Shown piece by piece: positions 7,852 through 18,835 of a stretch of 64,000 nt of DNA (the stretch's first letter is position 1; each line of letters begins with the position of its first letter). Made by a program: the position numbers and the translations under genes. The stretch comes from a bacterium (GTDB lineage: Bacteria > Patescibacteriota > Minisyncoccia > Phycocordibacterales > CAIZLB01). Where the stretch lies: assembly GCA_037142735.1 (NCBI GenBank), contig JBAXAB010000001.1, positions 36,915 through 100,914 on the forward strand. Reading direction: 5' to 3'. Under the pieces are notes generated by a model, which did not search any database, was not told the origin of the DNA, and was given only the letters and a program-made list of their open reading frames with translations.

Positions 7852-9144
7852 ATGTATCTTGCTCTCATTCAATCTTCACTTGGGCCAGCTTTCACCTTTA
7901 TCTATTTGGTTGCTATTATCGCGATACCAATAGTGTTGTTTTTTGAACTTAATAAGAAATGGCAGAAATACCTACATGCTTATTATTTTAACAAACAAAC
8001 ATACACAGTTCTTGAATTAAAGATTCCAAAAAACAATACCAAATCACCACTTGCCATGGAGATTTTTCTTAATGCCCTTCAACAACCAGGAAAGGATTAC
8101 GAATGGAGAAAAAAATGGTGGACAGGAGAGGTTCGTGCCTGGTTCTCGCTAGAGATATGTTCGTTCGAAGGTAATGTACGTTTTTTTATATGGACAAAAA
8201 CAAAATATAAAGATTTACTAGAGAACCAGTTGTATTCTCAGTATCCAGATATTGAAATTAGTGACGTCGGCGCGCGTGACTATACGTACAACATACCCTT
8301 TGATGAAAGTAAGTATGAATACTGGGCTACCGAATGGAGAAAAAGAGAGCCTTCTCACTTACCTATAAAAACCTACATGGCTTTTGGACTTCAAGATGAT
8401 CCAAAAGAAGAATTTAGAATCGATCCAATTACACCACTTTTTGAATTTTTAGGATCACTGAAAAAAGGAGAACAGGTATGGTATCAAATTTGTGTCCGAG
8501 CACACGGAAAGGACAAATTTGATAAGGGAAAAGGTGCCTACGTTGACTGGAAGCACGCTGCTCAGAAGGATGTGTTGAAACTGACAAAACGAGATGCTCC
8601 TAATAAAGATGATAAATTTAATTTCATCATTTTGACCAAGGGTGAAAAACAAGCAGCGGATGCAATTGAAGACAACATTACAAAAGCAGCTTTCGATGTC
8701 GGAATTCGTGTTATCTATGCGGCAGAGAAAAGTGTATATCAAAAAAGTACCGTAGGTCGTATTAAAGCTTCGTTTAACCAGTTCAATGCCCCGAATTTGA
8801 ATAGTTTTGCTCGTGTGAATGACATTGACGATGACAAGTGGCGTTACCATTACTTACCATTCGGAAACAAGAGACTTTCTCGTCATAAAAAAAGACTTTT
8901 CGATCTTTATCGGCACCGATCGTTCTTTTATAGAGACTTTGTTCCGTATCCTCACAAAGAGGAAGAATTGATTTCGAACTTCTGGGTTTCAGATATAACA
9001 ACATGGTTTGATTCAAAAATCACCACATTCAGTGCTGAAGAGCTAGCAACTATTTACCACTTCCCAGGAGAAGTCGCAAAGACGCCAAGTGTAAACCGTG
9101 TGACTGCCAAGAAAGCCGAACCACCATCAAACTTACCTCAATAA
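7852..9144 (+). CDS. Conserved CPR membrane-anchored hypothetical protein
   Basis: N-terminal TM helix; LELKIPK...KSPLAME, FSLEI, LYSQYPDIEI, EELATIYHFP...AEPPSNLP motifs that I recall from a common Patescibacteria family. Confidence 0.7.
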   Translation: MYLALIQSSLGPAFTFIYLVAIIAIPIVLFFELNKKWQKYLHAYYFNKQTYTVLELKIPKNNTKSPLAMEIFLNALQQPGKDYEWRKKWWTGEVRAWFSLEICSFEGNVRFFIWTKTKYKDLLENQLYSQYPDIEISDVGARDYTYNIPFDESKYEYWATEWRKREPSHLPIKTYMAFGLQDDPKEEFRIDPITPLFEFLGSLKKGEQVWYQICVRAHGKDKFDKGKGAYVDWKHAAQKDVLKLTKRDAPNKDDKFNFIILTKGEKQAADAIEDNITKAAFDVGIRVIYAAEKSVYQKSTVGRIKASFNQFNAPNLNSFARVNDIDDDKWRYHYLPFGNKRLSRHKKRLFDLYRHRSFFYRDFVPYPHKEEELISNFWVSDITTWFDSKITTFSAEELATIYHFPGEVAKTPSVNRVTAKKAEPPSNLPQ

Positions 9145-9160
9145 TTTTAATTCATATCTA

Positions 9161-10159
9161 ATGAGAATCTTTAAAGAACATATATTTGTAATCTACTCGG
9201 TACTTCTAGCAGTGTTGATATTGGTAGTTGGAATAGCTGCTAAAATATTTATACCAGTTGAAATCCCACGGGACGGATCAGTGATTGTACATATTGATAA
9301 AGGGCAAAGCCTTATTAGTATTTCACATGAATTAGAAAAAGAGCAGATCATTGATTCTCCATTCCTTTTCCGCCTGATTATTACATTGCGTGGAAGTGAA
9401 AACAGTATCCCAGCTGGTTATTACTTATTCTCAGATGACAGCGGCCAATCTGGTAGAAGTCGTTACAGTCTAAGTGCAATTGCCAGGCGCTTAGCTCAAG
9501 GAGAAATGGGTTTTAGGCCACAGAAAATTACCATACCAGAAGGGTTGAACGTTATTGACATTGGAAATAAGGTACACCAAGAATTTCCAGCCATTGACGC
9601 ATTAGAGTTTGCGAGCTCTGCTAAGCCTTATGAAGGATACCTTTTCCCAGATACGTACCTCTTTATGCCTTATGCAACATCTGGTGAAATTATACATAAA
9701 ATGAGGGATACCTTTGAACAAAAAGTGACTGATAATCCTTTATTCGCTGAGGCAATCGCAAGTTCTACACACTCATTTGCAGATATTATAAAAATGGCCT
9801 CAATTCTAGAAGGAGAAGTGAGAACTTTAGAGGATCGCAAAATTGTATCCGATTTGCTATGGCGCAGAATAAAAAAAGGCATGCCATTACAAGTCGATTC
9901 TACTTTTAAGTATATAAATCAAAAAACATCTGCTCAACTAACTTTAGGCGACTTAAAAATTGACTCTCTCTACAATACCTACAAATATAAAGGTTTGCCT
10001 CCGACACCAATTTCAAATCCAGGCCTTGAAACATTATTTGCGGCGGCAGAACCGACTCCAAATCAATATGTATTCTTTTTAAATGATAAGGATGGAATAA
10101 GTCATTTCGCTAAAACATTTGCAGAGCACATTCGTTACAAAAACCAATATTTGAAATAG
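9161..10159 (+). CDS. mltG: Endolytic transglycosylase MltG
   Basis: TIPEG, EGYLFPDTY, MASILEGE, PLQVD, YNTYKYKGLPPTPISNPG. Confidence 0.95.
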   Translation: MRIFKEHIFVIYSVLLAVLILVVGIAAKIFIPVEIPRDGSVIVHIDKGQSLISISHELEKEQIIDSPFLFRLIITLRGSENSIPAGYYLFSDDSGQSGRSRYSLSAIARRLAQGEMGFRPQKITIPEGLNVIDIGNKVHQEFPAIDALEFASSAKPYEGYLFPDTYLFMPYATSGEIIHKMRDTFEQKVTDNPLFAEAIASSTHSFADIIKMASILEGEVRTLEDRKIVSDLLWRRIKKGMPLQVDSTFKYINQKTSAQLTLGDLKIDSLYNTYKYKGLPPTPISNPGLETLFAAAEPTPNQYVFFLNDKDGISHFAKTFAEHIRYKNQYLK

Positions 10160-10202
10160 CCTGGAAATGGCATCGAGCCATTAAATGGTGTAGTATCCTT
10201 GG

Positions 10203-11282
10203 ATGATTGGAAAGTCTAAAAAGGTCTGGGTAGGAATGTCGGGCGGGGTCGACTCGTCTGTTTCAGCGTACCTTTTAAAGCAACAAGGTTACGACGTAAC
10301 CGGTGTTTTTATAAAAGTTTGGCAACCAAACGATGTTGAATGTACCTGGAAAGACGAACGACGAGACGCCATGCGAGTCTGCGCAGAGCTGGATATTCCT
10401 TTTTTAACTCTTGACCTAAGCGTTGAATATAAAATGCAGGTAGTTGACTATATGATCAGTGAATATGCCAAAGGGCGCACTCCAAATCCGGACATTATGT
10501 GTAATCGTCACATTAAATTTGGCGGTTTTCTAGATATGGCCAAAAGAATGGACATTGATTATGTAGCCACTGGTCACTATGCAAATGTTAAAAAAACTGA
10601 TGACGGCTATTTTTCATTATTTGAAGGAAAGGATCCATCCAAAGATCAAAGTTACTTTTTATGGACTCTTAATTCAGATGATTTGTCCAGAGTGCTTTTT
10701 CCTGTTGGACACTTGCTCAAAACGGAAGTGCGTAAGATTGCTCAAAAGGCAAAATTACCAGTTTTTGACAAAAAAGACAGCCAGGGAATTTGTTTCATTG
10801 GCCATGTTGATATGAAAGAATTCCTAAAGAAAAATATAGAGACCAGATCTGGATCTGTTCTTGATATTGATGGAAATGTAATAGGGGAACACGATGGTGC
10901 AATTCTATACACAATAGGAGAACGTGTTGGATTTAAGGCTTTTAAAACTGGCGCAGACGACAAAGCGATGTATATTCTAAGTAAAGACGTTTCAAATAAT
11001 ACTATCACCGTCATAGAAAATAATCTTTTAACCGTTGAAGGTTCTGAACACAATCAAGGCATAAGGATTGCCCAGCTAGCCGACGTTAACTGGAACACTG
11101 AAAAGACAAATACTGTCAGCAATTTAAAGGCTAGAGTTAGATACAGACAAGAAAAACAGGACTGTATTTTTGACCCAAATACGAGCAGGGTGACATTTTC
11201 TAAAGCGCAGGTCCTAGCAAGCGGACAATCCGTCGTTTTGTACAGTGGCGAAAGGTGCCTAGGTGGTGGTATTATAAGCTAA
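10203..11282 (+). CDS. mnmA: tRNA 2-thiouridylase MnmA
   Basis: MSGGVDSS, TPNPDIMCNRHIKF, ATGHY, KDQSYFL, DSQGICF. Confidence 0.97.
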   Translation: MIGKSKKVWVGMSGGVDSSVSAYLLKQQGYDVTGVFIKVWQPNDVECTWKDERRDAMRVCAELDIPFLTLDLSVEYKMQVVDYMISEYAKGRTPNPDIMCNRHIKFGGFLDMAKRMDIDYVATGHYANVKKTDDGYFSLFEGKDPSKDQSYFLWTLNSDDLSRVLFPVGHLLKTEVRKIAQKAKLPVFDKKDSQGICFIGHVDMKEFLKKNIETRSGSVLDIDGNVIGEHDGAILYTIGERVGFKAFKTGADDKAMYILSKDVSNNTITVIENNLLTVEGSEHNQGIRIAQLADVNWNTEKTNTVSNLKARVRYRQEKQDCIFDPNTSRVTFSKAQVLASGQSVVLYSGERCLGGGIIS

Positions 11283-11284
11283 TC

Positions 11285-12154
11285 ATGTTTCAGGAAGTTT
11301 TATTAGTAAAGACTGACGGCACCAAAGAGGTTTATGAACCTCATAAATTAAGAAATTCTCTCATTAAAGCTGGTGCCGGTGGTCATTCGGCTGATAAAGT
11401 TCTGACCGAAGTTTCAAATTATCTAGAAGAACATCTGAAAGGCAAAAAGAAATCTGAGGTAACGGTTTCCGAATTATACAAACTAGCTTTTGAATGTCTC
11501 AAAAAATATGCGGGGGATGCGGCGTTGCGATATTCACTTAAGAGGTCTCTTTTTGAACTTGGCCCGACCGGTTTTCCTTTTGAAAAATATATCGCTGAAA
11601 TTTTCAAGACTCAGGGTTTTGAAACCTTAACTGGCCAAATGGTGATGGGTAGCTGTGTTCCTCACGAGGTAGATCTAGTGGCGTGGAACGCTGATAAATT
11701 AATTATGGGTGAAGTAAAATATCACAACGATCCTGCTTCAAAGACAGATTTAAAAGTCGCCCTTTACGTAAGTGCGCGTTATAACGATATAAAACAAAAC
11801 ATGTTTGATTACGGCGGCACACCTCGTAAATTGGCCGAGTGGTACTTAATTACAAATACAAAGTTTACGGACACTGCGATCACCTATGCTGTGTGTAACG
11901 GAGTCAAATTATTAAGCTGGGTGTATCCAGAGACTGGAAATTTGCATGACATGATTGAAGACACCAAATCGCACCCGATTACATGTCTAAGCGCTCTTGA
12001 TGCAAGCCAAAAGAAGATGTTGATAGACAAAAATGTGATCCTTTGTCGACAGTTACATTCAAATACCGCCATTATGAAAGAACTTCACTTCAGCGAAGAG
12101 ACTATTTTTAACGTTCTAGAAGAAACAAATAAAATTATTACCACAAAAAAATAA
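11285..12154 (+). CDS. ATP-cone domain / restriction-endonuclease-like (Mrr-type PD-(D/E)XK) fusion
   Basis: N-terminal VKTDGTKEVYEPHKLRNSL (ATP cone); GFPFEKYIAE, HEVDLVA, GEVKYHN, LITNTKFT. Confidence 0.75.
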   Translation: MFQEVLLVKTDGTKEVYEPHKLRNSLIKAGAGGHSADKVLTEVSNYLEEHLKGKKKSEVTVSELYKLAFECLKKYAGDAALRYSLKRSLFELGPTGFPFEKYIAEIFKTQGFETLTGQMVMGSCVPHEVDLVAWNADKLIMGEVKYHNDPASKTDLKVALYVSARYNDIKQNMFDYGGTPRKLAEWYLITNTKFTDTAITYAVCNGVKLLSWVYPETGNLHDMIEDTKSHPITCLSALDASQKKMLIDKNVILCRQLHSNTAIMKELHFSEETIFNVLEETNKIITTKK

Positions 12155-12158
12155 GATT

Positions 12159-12956
12159 ATGGCTTTTATTCCGTACAAAAAGAAATTATATATTCCAGAC
12201 AGTACCGAACCCTTCAAATTAAGCCGCTCGAAGATCGACATGTTTCTTGAATGTGCCCGTTGCTTTTATTTAGACCGTAGAATTGGGGTCTCTCGACCTG
12301 ATAGCTTTCCTTTTAATCTCAACAGTGCTGTTGATCATCTCTTAAAAAAAGAATTTGATATCCATCGTAGTGCAAAGACGGCGCACCCCCTCATGGTGAG
12401 TTACAAAATTGATGCGGTACCTTTTATCCACAAAGATCTAGATGTCTGGAGAGAAAATTTTGTCGGAGTGCAATATTTGGATAAGAAAAATAACTTTATC
12501 ATCTTTGGCGCTGTGGATGATGTATGGGTGAATAAAATGGGTGAATTGATTGTAGTCGACTATAAATCAACCAGCAAAGACACCGAAGTAAACCTTGATG
12601 CAGACTGGCAAATCGCCTACAAACGCCAAATGGAGGTGTACCAGTGGCTATTGGAGAAGAATGACCACAAAGTATCTACTACGGGTTATTTCGTGTATGC
12701 CAATGCCACCAAAGCTCGTGATTCCTTCGAAGCTCGCCTTGAATTTGAAATGACAGTAATACCATATACAGGCGATAATTCATGGATAGAAGAGACACTT
12801 GTTTCAATTAAAAAATGCCTTGACGGAAATGACATACCAAAAGAATCAGCTACGTGTAAATATTGCGAATACAGGACAAAAGCAGGCAATGCTTTTAAAG
12901 ATCATGTTCAAAAATATGGAGCAGTAAAGGCAGCCAGTCCTAAGAAAAAGAAATGA
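12159..12956 (+). CDS. PD-(D/E)XK nuclease family protein (AddB/Cas4-like)
   Basis: LSRSKI...CARCFY, GAVDD, IVVDYKST, QMEVY, C-terminal CKYC. Confidence 0.85.
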   Translation: MAFIPYKKKLYIPDSTEPFKLSRSKIDMFLECARCFYLDRRIGVSRPDSFPFNLNSAVDHLLKKEFDIHRSAKTAHPLMVSYKIDAVPFIHKDLDVWRENFVGVQYLDKKNNFIIFGAVDDVWVNKMGELIVVDYKSTSKDTEVNLDADWQIAYKRQMEVYQWLLEKNDHKVSTTGYFVYANATKARDSFEARLEFEMTVIPYTGDNSWIEETLVSIKKCLDGNDIPKESATCKYCEYRTKAGNAFKDHVQKYGAVKAASPKKKK

Positions 12957-14743
12957 AAAAGCCTGCGTACAAAACTGAATGGGACTTTGCAAACTTATTT
13001 TACAAAAAAAGCATTAAGGACCCTTTAATAGAAATTGATGTAGCTGCTGCTGAAAACATGTGTGTGGGTTTTGAAAAAAAATACACCAACAATCAAGAAT
13101 ACTTACATGACGTAGCTACACTTAAAACAGCGTTGGACGATTACGAAATATTATTAGCAGGGGTGATGTCTTCAAAGCCACTTTTTTATTTGCAGATGCT
13201 CCTTGCTGTTGATAGTCAAAACAATGCGGCCCAAGCCAAGATGAACCTTCTGAGCAGTCGCCTTACTGCCGCATTCAATAAAATTATTTTCTTTGAACTA
13301 CGATTGGGTAAAGTCTCCGAGTCACAACAGAATAAGTTTTTACAGGCCACGGAATTAAAGAAATATAAATACCTACTAGACAGACTATTTTTAACTGCAA
13401 AATATCAATTATCTGAACCTGAGGAAAAGATTTTAAACTTAAAATATCCCTCTTCTCGAGGGATGTGGAATGACTATTCTGAAAAACTCCTCAATGCGCA
13501 AACGCTTGTGTGGAAAGGTAAGAATCTACCATTGCCAGAAGCGACAAACATGATCCGTAGCCTTCCAAAAAAAGAACGTCATGCTCTGCACACCCTTCTT
13601 TGTCAGAAACTTCAAGAGATCAGTTTTTTTGCTGAGGCCGAGATGACTGCCATCTTGACCGATAAAAAAACTACCGATGAATTAAAAGGTTTCAAAAAGC
13701 CTTACGAATCATGGATCATTGGTAATCAAAATTCAATAGCAAGTATCGAAAATCTTGTGACAACGATTACAAAAAATTTTAATATCAGCCACAAATTTCA
13801 TGCTTTACAAGCAAAACTACTGAAAGAAAAAACCTTATCTTACCCGGATCGGGCTGTGGGTATTAGCAAAAAAGTTACACCATTCGCTTTTGAAGAAGGG
13901 GTATCTCTTTTTACTTCAGCATTGAAAAAAACTGATCCGATGTTTGCTGAAATTTTCCAGAAGCTTTTAAAAAATGGCCAGGTTGATGTTTACCCCAGAA
14001 AAGGTAAAGGCGGCGGAGCATTCTGTTCGTCTTCAATAAATCAACCGACGATGATTATGCTAAATAACACTCCAAACGTTGATTCATTTTTTACTCTTGC
14101 TCATGAGATGGGGCACGCTTTTCACGGAGAATTATCCAAAACTCAAAGTCCAATGTACCAAGATTACACCATTTCTGTAGCCGAAGTAGCCAGCACTTTC
14201 TTTGAAAATATTGCAGTTGAAGCCATTAGTGCAAAACTCACTGACAAGGAAAGAGTTGAATTAGAATTCCAGCGCTTACAAGATGACATCGGTACAATTT
14301 TTCGCCAAGTAGCATGTTTTAATTACGAAATAGAAATTCATAATGAAGTTAGGAGTAAGGGATCAATTACCAAAGAAAGGTTAGCGGATCTGCATAATCA
14401 GCATATGTCCAAATACCTAGGCCCACTATATAAGATGAAGGATGTTGATGGGTATATGTTCGTACAATGGACTCATATTAGACACTTTTTCTATGTTTAC
14501 ACTTATGCTTACGGCCAGATAATCAGTAAAGCTTTATATGCTCGATATAAAAAAGACCCGACGTTTATACATTCCATCATCAAGTTTCTTTCAGCTGGAG
14601 GCAGTATGTCACCTGACGATATTTTTAAATCAATTGGCATAGATACGACACAGCCAGAATTTTTTCTTGACGGACTACGAGAAGTTGAATCTAGTATAAA
14701 AAGAATTGAAATAATGGCCAAAAAACTTGGAATGATAAAGTAG
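12953..14743 (+). CDS. pepF: M3B oligoendopeptidase F
   Basis: PRKGKGGGAFC, HEMGHAFH, AEVASTFFE, FYVYTYAYG. Confidence 0.9.
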   Translation: MKKPAYKTEWDFANLFYKKSIKDPLIEIDVAAAENMCVGFEKKYTNNQEYLHDVATLKTALDDYEILLAGVMSSKPLFYLQMLLAVDSQNNAAQAKMNLLSSRLTAAFNKIIFFELRLGKVSESQQNKFLQATELKKYKYLLDRLFLTAKYQLSEPEEKILNLKYPSSRGMWNDYSEKLLNAQTLVWKGKNLPLPEATNMIRSLPKKERHALHTLLCQKLQEISFFAEAEMTAILTDKKTTDELKGFKKPYESWIIGNQNSIASIENLVTTITKNFNISHKFHALQAKLLKEKTLSYPDRAVGISKKVTPFAFEEGVSLFTSALKKTDPMFAEIFQKLLKNGQVDVYPRKGKGGGAFCSSSINQPTMIMLNNTPNVDSFFTLAHEMGHAFHGELSKTQSPMYQDYTISVAEVASTFFENIAVEAISAKLTDKERVELEFQRLQDDIGTIFRQVACFNYEIEIHNEVRSKGSITKERLADLHNQHMSKYLGPLYKMKDVDGYMFVQWTHIRHFFYVYTYAYGQIISKALYARYKKDPTFIHSIIKFLSAGGSMSPDDIFKSIGIDTTQPEFFLDGLREVESSIKRIEIMAKKLGMIK

Positions 14744-14749
14744 GGGGGC

Positions 14750-15919
14750 TTATTTATTTTCGTAGACTGCTACAGTTTTCTTGACCATTCGATCGAGTGA
14801 AAAGTTTTCAGCAATTCTCTTTTTAAAATTATCTGTCTGGAGTCGCACATCAAATTCTGAATTTAACGTCATGCGTAGTGCCAAAGCGAAAGCTTTTTTA
14901 TCTCTTGGGGCAATTAAAATACCACACGGATTGTGTTCGGTCGTGAGGACTGTTTCTGGAATTCCACCCACATTTGAGGCGATAACAGGGACCTCCGCCA
15001 TTCCAGCTTCAATAATAACGTAACCGAATGCTTCAGAGAAAGAGGGAAGCACAAACACGTCAAAGGCCTTCAGCAACCGAGGAGCTTCGTCCACAAACCC
15101 TGTCAGAAACACATGGGCCTGCAAACCTCTCTCTGTAATAAACTTAGCCAGATCTGTTTTAAGCTCTCCTTCACCAATGATCACATATCTAGTATCAATC
15201 TCTGGGTTCGTTTTCATTAAAATATCTACTGCCTCGATAGAACTATAGAGATTCTTCACAGGATGAAGTTCTGCAAGTGTGCCTATCCATTTTGTAGTTG
15301 GTGAAAAATTAAATTGAGCCTGAGAGTTTTTTTCTACCTCTAGGATTGTTGAAATTTTATTCTGAGCGTCCTCACGTGAATAAAAATCAATGGCCGGGCT
15401 CGCTGGATGAATAACTTTGATTTTATTTTTTACAAACGGCATCCACATGACTTGATTTTTTACAGACTCTGAAACGGCGATAGTTTTATGGTTCAGCACA
15501 ATAGTCAGCCAATGAAGGCAACCGATAATAAACTGCTGCACGTGCGAACGATTTTCATTAAAAGCCCATGCATGAGCGGTAAATACCACTCTTTTGACCC
15601 ATAACAAACGAGCAATGAAGGCGCCAATGCCTCCTGCTTTCGAACTATTCACATGCACTACATCCGGTCGTACTTTCCAAATAATTCTACCTAGCGTGAA
15701 GAAAGTCTTAATTTCGTCTTTGAAACTAATATCTCTTTTCATTGAGCCAACATTAAAAACATTAATACCAGCATTTTTTAGTTTTTCAGACAATAAACCA
15801 TTTCCACCCAACACCACCGAAACGTCGTGACCTTGGGAGGACAAGCTGGTCGCAAGATCATAAACATATCTTTGTGCACCACCCCAGTTTGATTTTGTAA
15901 TGACATACAGAATTTTCAT
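14750..15919 (-). CDS. Glycosyltransferase family 4
   Basis: ITKSNWGGAQRY, HVNSSKAG, FVLPSFSEAFGYVIIEA, SNVGGIPE. Confidence 0.93.
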   Translation of the reverse strand: MKILYVITKSNWGGAQRYVYDLATSLSSQGHDVSVVLGGNGLLSEKLKNAGINVFNVGSMKRDISFKDEIKTFFTLGRIIWKVRPDVVHVNSSKAGGIGAFIARLLWVKRVVFTAHAWAFNENRSHVQQFIIGCLHWLTIVLNHKTIAVSESVKNQVMWMPFVKNKIKVIHPASPAIDFYSREDAQNKISTILEVEKNSQAQFNFSPTTKWIGTLAELHPVKNLYSSIEAVDILMKTNPEIDTRYVIIGEGELKTDLAKFITERGLQAHVFLTGFVDEAPRLLKAFDVFVLPSFSEAFGYVIIEAGMAEVPVIASNVGGIPETVLTTEHNPCGILIAPRDKKAFALALRMTLNSEFDVRLQTDNFKKRIAENFSLDRMVKKTVAVYENK

Positions 15920-16000
15920 ACGTTTAGTCAGTTTAACTTAAAATGTGACAATGTGGAATTAGTTGTAATGAGGCCTTTTTGGCTGTACTATAATACTAAT

Positions 16001-17347
16001 ATGAAAGTTGCGAATAAGCGAGAACCTTTTCTCCTTTTGATCGGGGATATTGCATGTCTTACTTTATCTCTTTGGTTAATGCTGTACTTGCGTGCATTTA
16101 ATATTCCTTCACTTGCCGTTTTTACAGCCCACCTGGCACCATTCGGTATTCTTTTTCTGGCTTCATTGGTTGTGTACTATATCTCTGGTTTATACGAAAA
16201 ACATAACAGTATTCTGCGCTCTCGCCTGGCATCAGTAATTATAAAGGCTCAGATCGCAAACAGTTTAGTTGCAATTGCTTTCTTTTACTTTGTTCCATAT
16301 TTTGGCATCACACCGAAAACAAACCTTTTCTTGTACTTACTTATTTCCATAATTATCATCACATTATGGCGACTCATTTTCTATCCATTCTTTTTGCCTG
16401 GCAAAAAACGTCGTGCAGTTATTATTGGATCTGGTACAGAAATGGAAGATATTATTCGTGAAGTAAACAATGATCCACATTATGACTTCCAATTGTCACG
16501 AATTATTGATCTAACTGAGACAGACAAGGCCACTATTCCGGATATTATTAAACAAGAAGTAATGGATAATGATGTTTCGATGATAGTGATCGACCTCGAT
16601 CACGCTAAAATCAAAGACGTATCACCAAAATTATTTGATTTAATTTTTATGAATGTAGATTTTGTCCCAATGTATAGCGTATACGAACACGTGTTCTACC
16701 GTATTCCATATTCAGCTTTAAAGCATGATTGGTTTATTGAAAATATCTCTTCTCGAGCTAAAGGCAGCTATTCGTTTGGTAAGCGCGTAATCGACATTAC
16801 ACTGGCGGGAATTGCCTTCATAATTTCTCTAATATTTTATCCACTAATTTGGATCGCCATCAAGATTCAAGACGGGGGGCCACTTTTCGTCTATCAAGAA
16901 AGACTCGGGCAGGGTAATAAGAAATTTATGATTAGAAAGTTTAGAAGTATGCGCGCAGCCAAGCATGATGATGGGGCTTGGGTGGGAAAAGACGATATGA
17001 GAATAACAACACTTGGTCGCATTATGCGAAAAACCAGCATTGATGAACTTCCTCAATTATGGAGCGTTCTGAAAGGAGACTTGTCCCTCATAGGCCCACG
17101 TCCTGACTTGTATGATCGAGGAATAGAACTGTCTCAACAAATTCCTTACTACAATATAAGAAACCTTTTAAAACCAGGACTGTCTGGTTGGGCACAGGTT
17201 AGTCAGGCACTACCACCGCAATCATTAGAAGAGACTAAGCTCCGCCTTGCATATGACATTTATTATGTAAAAAATAAATCATTGTTCATGGACTTTGTCA
17301 TTGTGCTTCGCACCATTCGATCCCTCTTTTTGCGTTTAAAGCAATAA
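16001..17347 (+). CDS. Undecaprenyl-phosphate sugar phosphotransferase (WcaJ/WbaP-like)
   Basis: Four N-terminal TMs; KRVIDI, KFRSM, RKTSIDELPQL, SLIGPRP, KPGLSGWAQV. Confidence 0.92.
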   Translation: MKVANKREPFLLLIGDIACLTLSLWLMLYLRAFNIPSLAVFTAHLAPFGILFLASLVVYYISGLYEKHNSILRSRLASVIIKAQIANSLVAIAFFYFVPYFGITPKTNLFLYLLISIIIITLWRLIFYPFFLPGKKRRAVIIGSGTEMEDIIREVNNDPHYDFQLSRIIDLTETDKATIPDIIKQEVMDNDVSMIVIDLDHAKIKDVSPKLFDLIFMNVDFVPMYSVYEHVFYRIPYSALKHDWFIENISSRAKGSYSFGKRVIDITLAGIAFIISLIFYPLIWIAIKIQDGGPLFVYQERLGQGNKKFMIRKFRSMRAAKHDDGAWVGKDDMRITTLGRIMRKTSIDELPQLWSVLKGDLSLIGPRPDLYDRGIELSQQIPYYNIRNLLKPGLSGWAQVSQALPPQSLEETKLRLAYDIYYVKNKSLFMDFVIVLRTIRSLFLRLKQ

Positions 17348-17384
17348 CCATTTATAATCTGTACACAAATTTAACCAATAACAC

Positions 17385-18458
17385 ATGAAGCTATTTATTA
17401 CCGGAGGAGCAGGATACGTCGGGGCAATGTTGGCAGATCAGTTCAGCGGGCGGGCAGATGTTGAAAAGATTTTATTGGTAGACAAAGAAGCAGAGCCACA
17501 GTTACTAAAGAACAATCCCAATTATTCAAAAATTCAATTTATTCAAAGCAATCTTGGAGATACAAACTGGCAGGATCAGGTTCGTGCATTTACACCTGAT
17601 GTCGTCATTCACACTGCGTGGCAAATTCGTGAAATGTTTGGCAAAAAAGAATTACAGTGGAAATGGAATGTGACAGGCTCTGATAATGTCTTCGATGTCG
17701 CCTTTGAATTAACTTCTGTGAAGAAACTGATTTATTTCTCTACTGTTTCAAGTTACGGAGCATTTTCAGACAACCAACTTGATCACTTTATAAAAGAAGA
17801 AGAGCCTTTTCGTGAAAACACTTATTTATACGGTGTTGAAAAAAAGGAAGTTGAGGTGCATCTCCATAAAAAATATGAAGAGGCCAAGAAAGCTGGAACA
17901 CATGTGCCCCAGATCTTCATTGTACGACCCGCAGCAATCACTGGAACACGTGGACGCTACATGCGCGTACGATTTGGTCTCCAGGCGGCCCTTTCTGGTC
18001 AATTAAAGGGTAATTTTGTGTACAGAATGATCTCATTCATGGTTTCTTTTGTGCCGGCAACTAAAAAATGGTGTCGACAATTTATTCATGAAGATGATGT
18101 GTGTAATATTGTGGAATTATTTACTTTTACTGAACTGAAGGGAGACTACGAGGTTTTTAACATCTGTCCACCTGGCCAAATCGTGACTGCTACTGATATG
18201 GCCAAAGCCGTGGGTAAAAAACCAATCTTTTTGCCTCCATGGTTAATTCGTATTGTTTTTGCCTTTATGTGGAATGTATTCCGGGGAAGAGTGCCGACTT
18301 CAAAGGGTGGCTGGAAATTCTATTCATATCCAGTTGCAGTTGATGGTTCAAAACTGACGAAACAATATGGTTATCAATACAAATACAATTCTTTAGATGC
18401 GTTTACTAAAAGGGAGGGCAGATATTCTAAATATACAGAATCTGAGACTAAGTTATAA
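17385..18458 (+). CDS. NAD-dependent epimerase/dehydratase
   Basis: [14 protein letters not shown] (YxxxK), QFIHEDDV. Confidence 0.9.
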   Translation: MKLFITGGAGYVGAMLADQFSGRADVEKILLVDKEAEPQLLKNNPNYSKIQFIQSNLGDTNWQDQVRAFTPDVVIHTAWQIREMFGKKELQWKWNVTGSDNVFDVAFELTSVKKLIYFSTVSSYGAFSDNQLDHFIKEEEPFRENTYLYGVEKKEVEVHLHKKYEEAKKAGTHVPQIFIVRPAAITGTRGRYMRVRFGLQAALSGQLKGNFVYRMISFMVSFVPATKKWCRQFIHEDDVCNIVELFTFTELKGDYEVFNICPPGQIVTATDMAKAVGKKPIFLPPWLIRIVFAFMWNVFRGRVPTSKGGWKFYSYPVAVDGSKLTKQYGYQYKYNSLDAFTKREGRYSKYTESETKL

Positions 18459-18503
18459 AAAAATCCCGCGGACAAGTCGATGGGGGTCGGCTCATCCGCG
18501 GGA
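18457..18503 (-). terminator. Intrinsic terminator of the islet, possibly bidirectional
   Basis: TCCCGCGGA (18464-72) / TCCGCGGGA (18495-503) with an inner stem and an A-tract on the left. Confidence 0.7.
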
Positions 18504-18538
18504 AGCGTGTGGAGGGGGAATTGTTTACGGGCCGCCTG

Positions 18539-18604
18539 CTACAGGTGACCTACGCTGACGATTTCTGCGGAACCTCCGGACGTATTTTCGTTTTTCTCGT
18601 CCAT
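18539..18604 (-). CDS. Possible 21-aa small protein MDEKNENTSGGSAEIVSVGHL
   Basis: ATG 2 nt after the stop of the 18607-18768 ORF, inside the same promoter-terminator unit. Confidence 0.25.
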   Translation of the reverse strand: MDEKNENTSGGSAEIVSVGHL

Positions 18605-18606
18605 GG

Positions 18607-18768
18607 TCAGTGGGCTTGAAGGGACTCGCCCTTCAGGTTGGTTGGGCCGGGCGTGACCTTGGCTGGTGGGCGGAGAGTTCCGACTGGGGTGTCCCAGTTT
18701 TTCTGGAGCTGTTTCCTGTAGTGATCGTGGGATTGAGGCTTTGCAGGCGCCTCGGGTGTTGCTGTCAT
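18607..18768 (-). CDS. 53-aa Pro-rich small protein (islet gene, absent from the ORF track)
   Basis: ATG directly after the CA-rich leader GCAACCAACCACCAACGAAACC; MTATPEAPAKPQSHDHYRKQLQKNWDTPVGTLRPPAKVTPGPTNLKGESLQAH. Confidence 0.5.
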   Translation of the reverse strand: MTATPEAPAKPQSHDHYRKQLQKNWDTPVGTLRPPAKVTPGPTNLKGESLQAH

Positions 18769-18835
18769 GGTTTCGTTGGTGGTTGGTTGCTTCGTGGCTA
18801 CGTGAACTTCTGGCGCCGACTATCGGCGTCAAAAA

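Noticed and set aside
12159-12956. Cas4 of a CRISPR system
   Set aside because: No cas1, cas2 or array in the window; a stand-alone PD-(D/E)XK nuclease is simpler.
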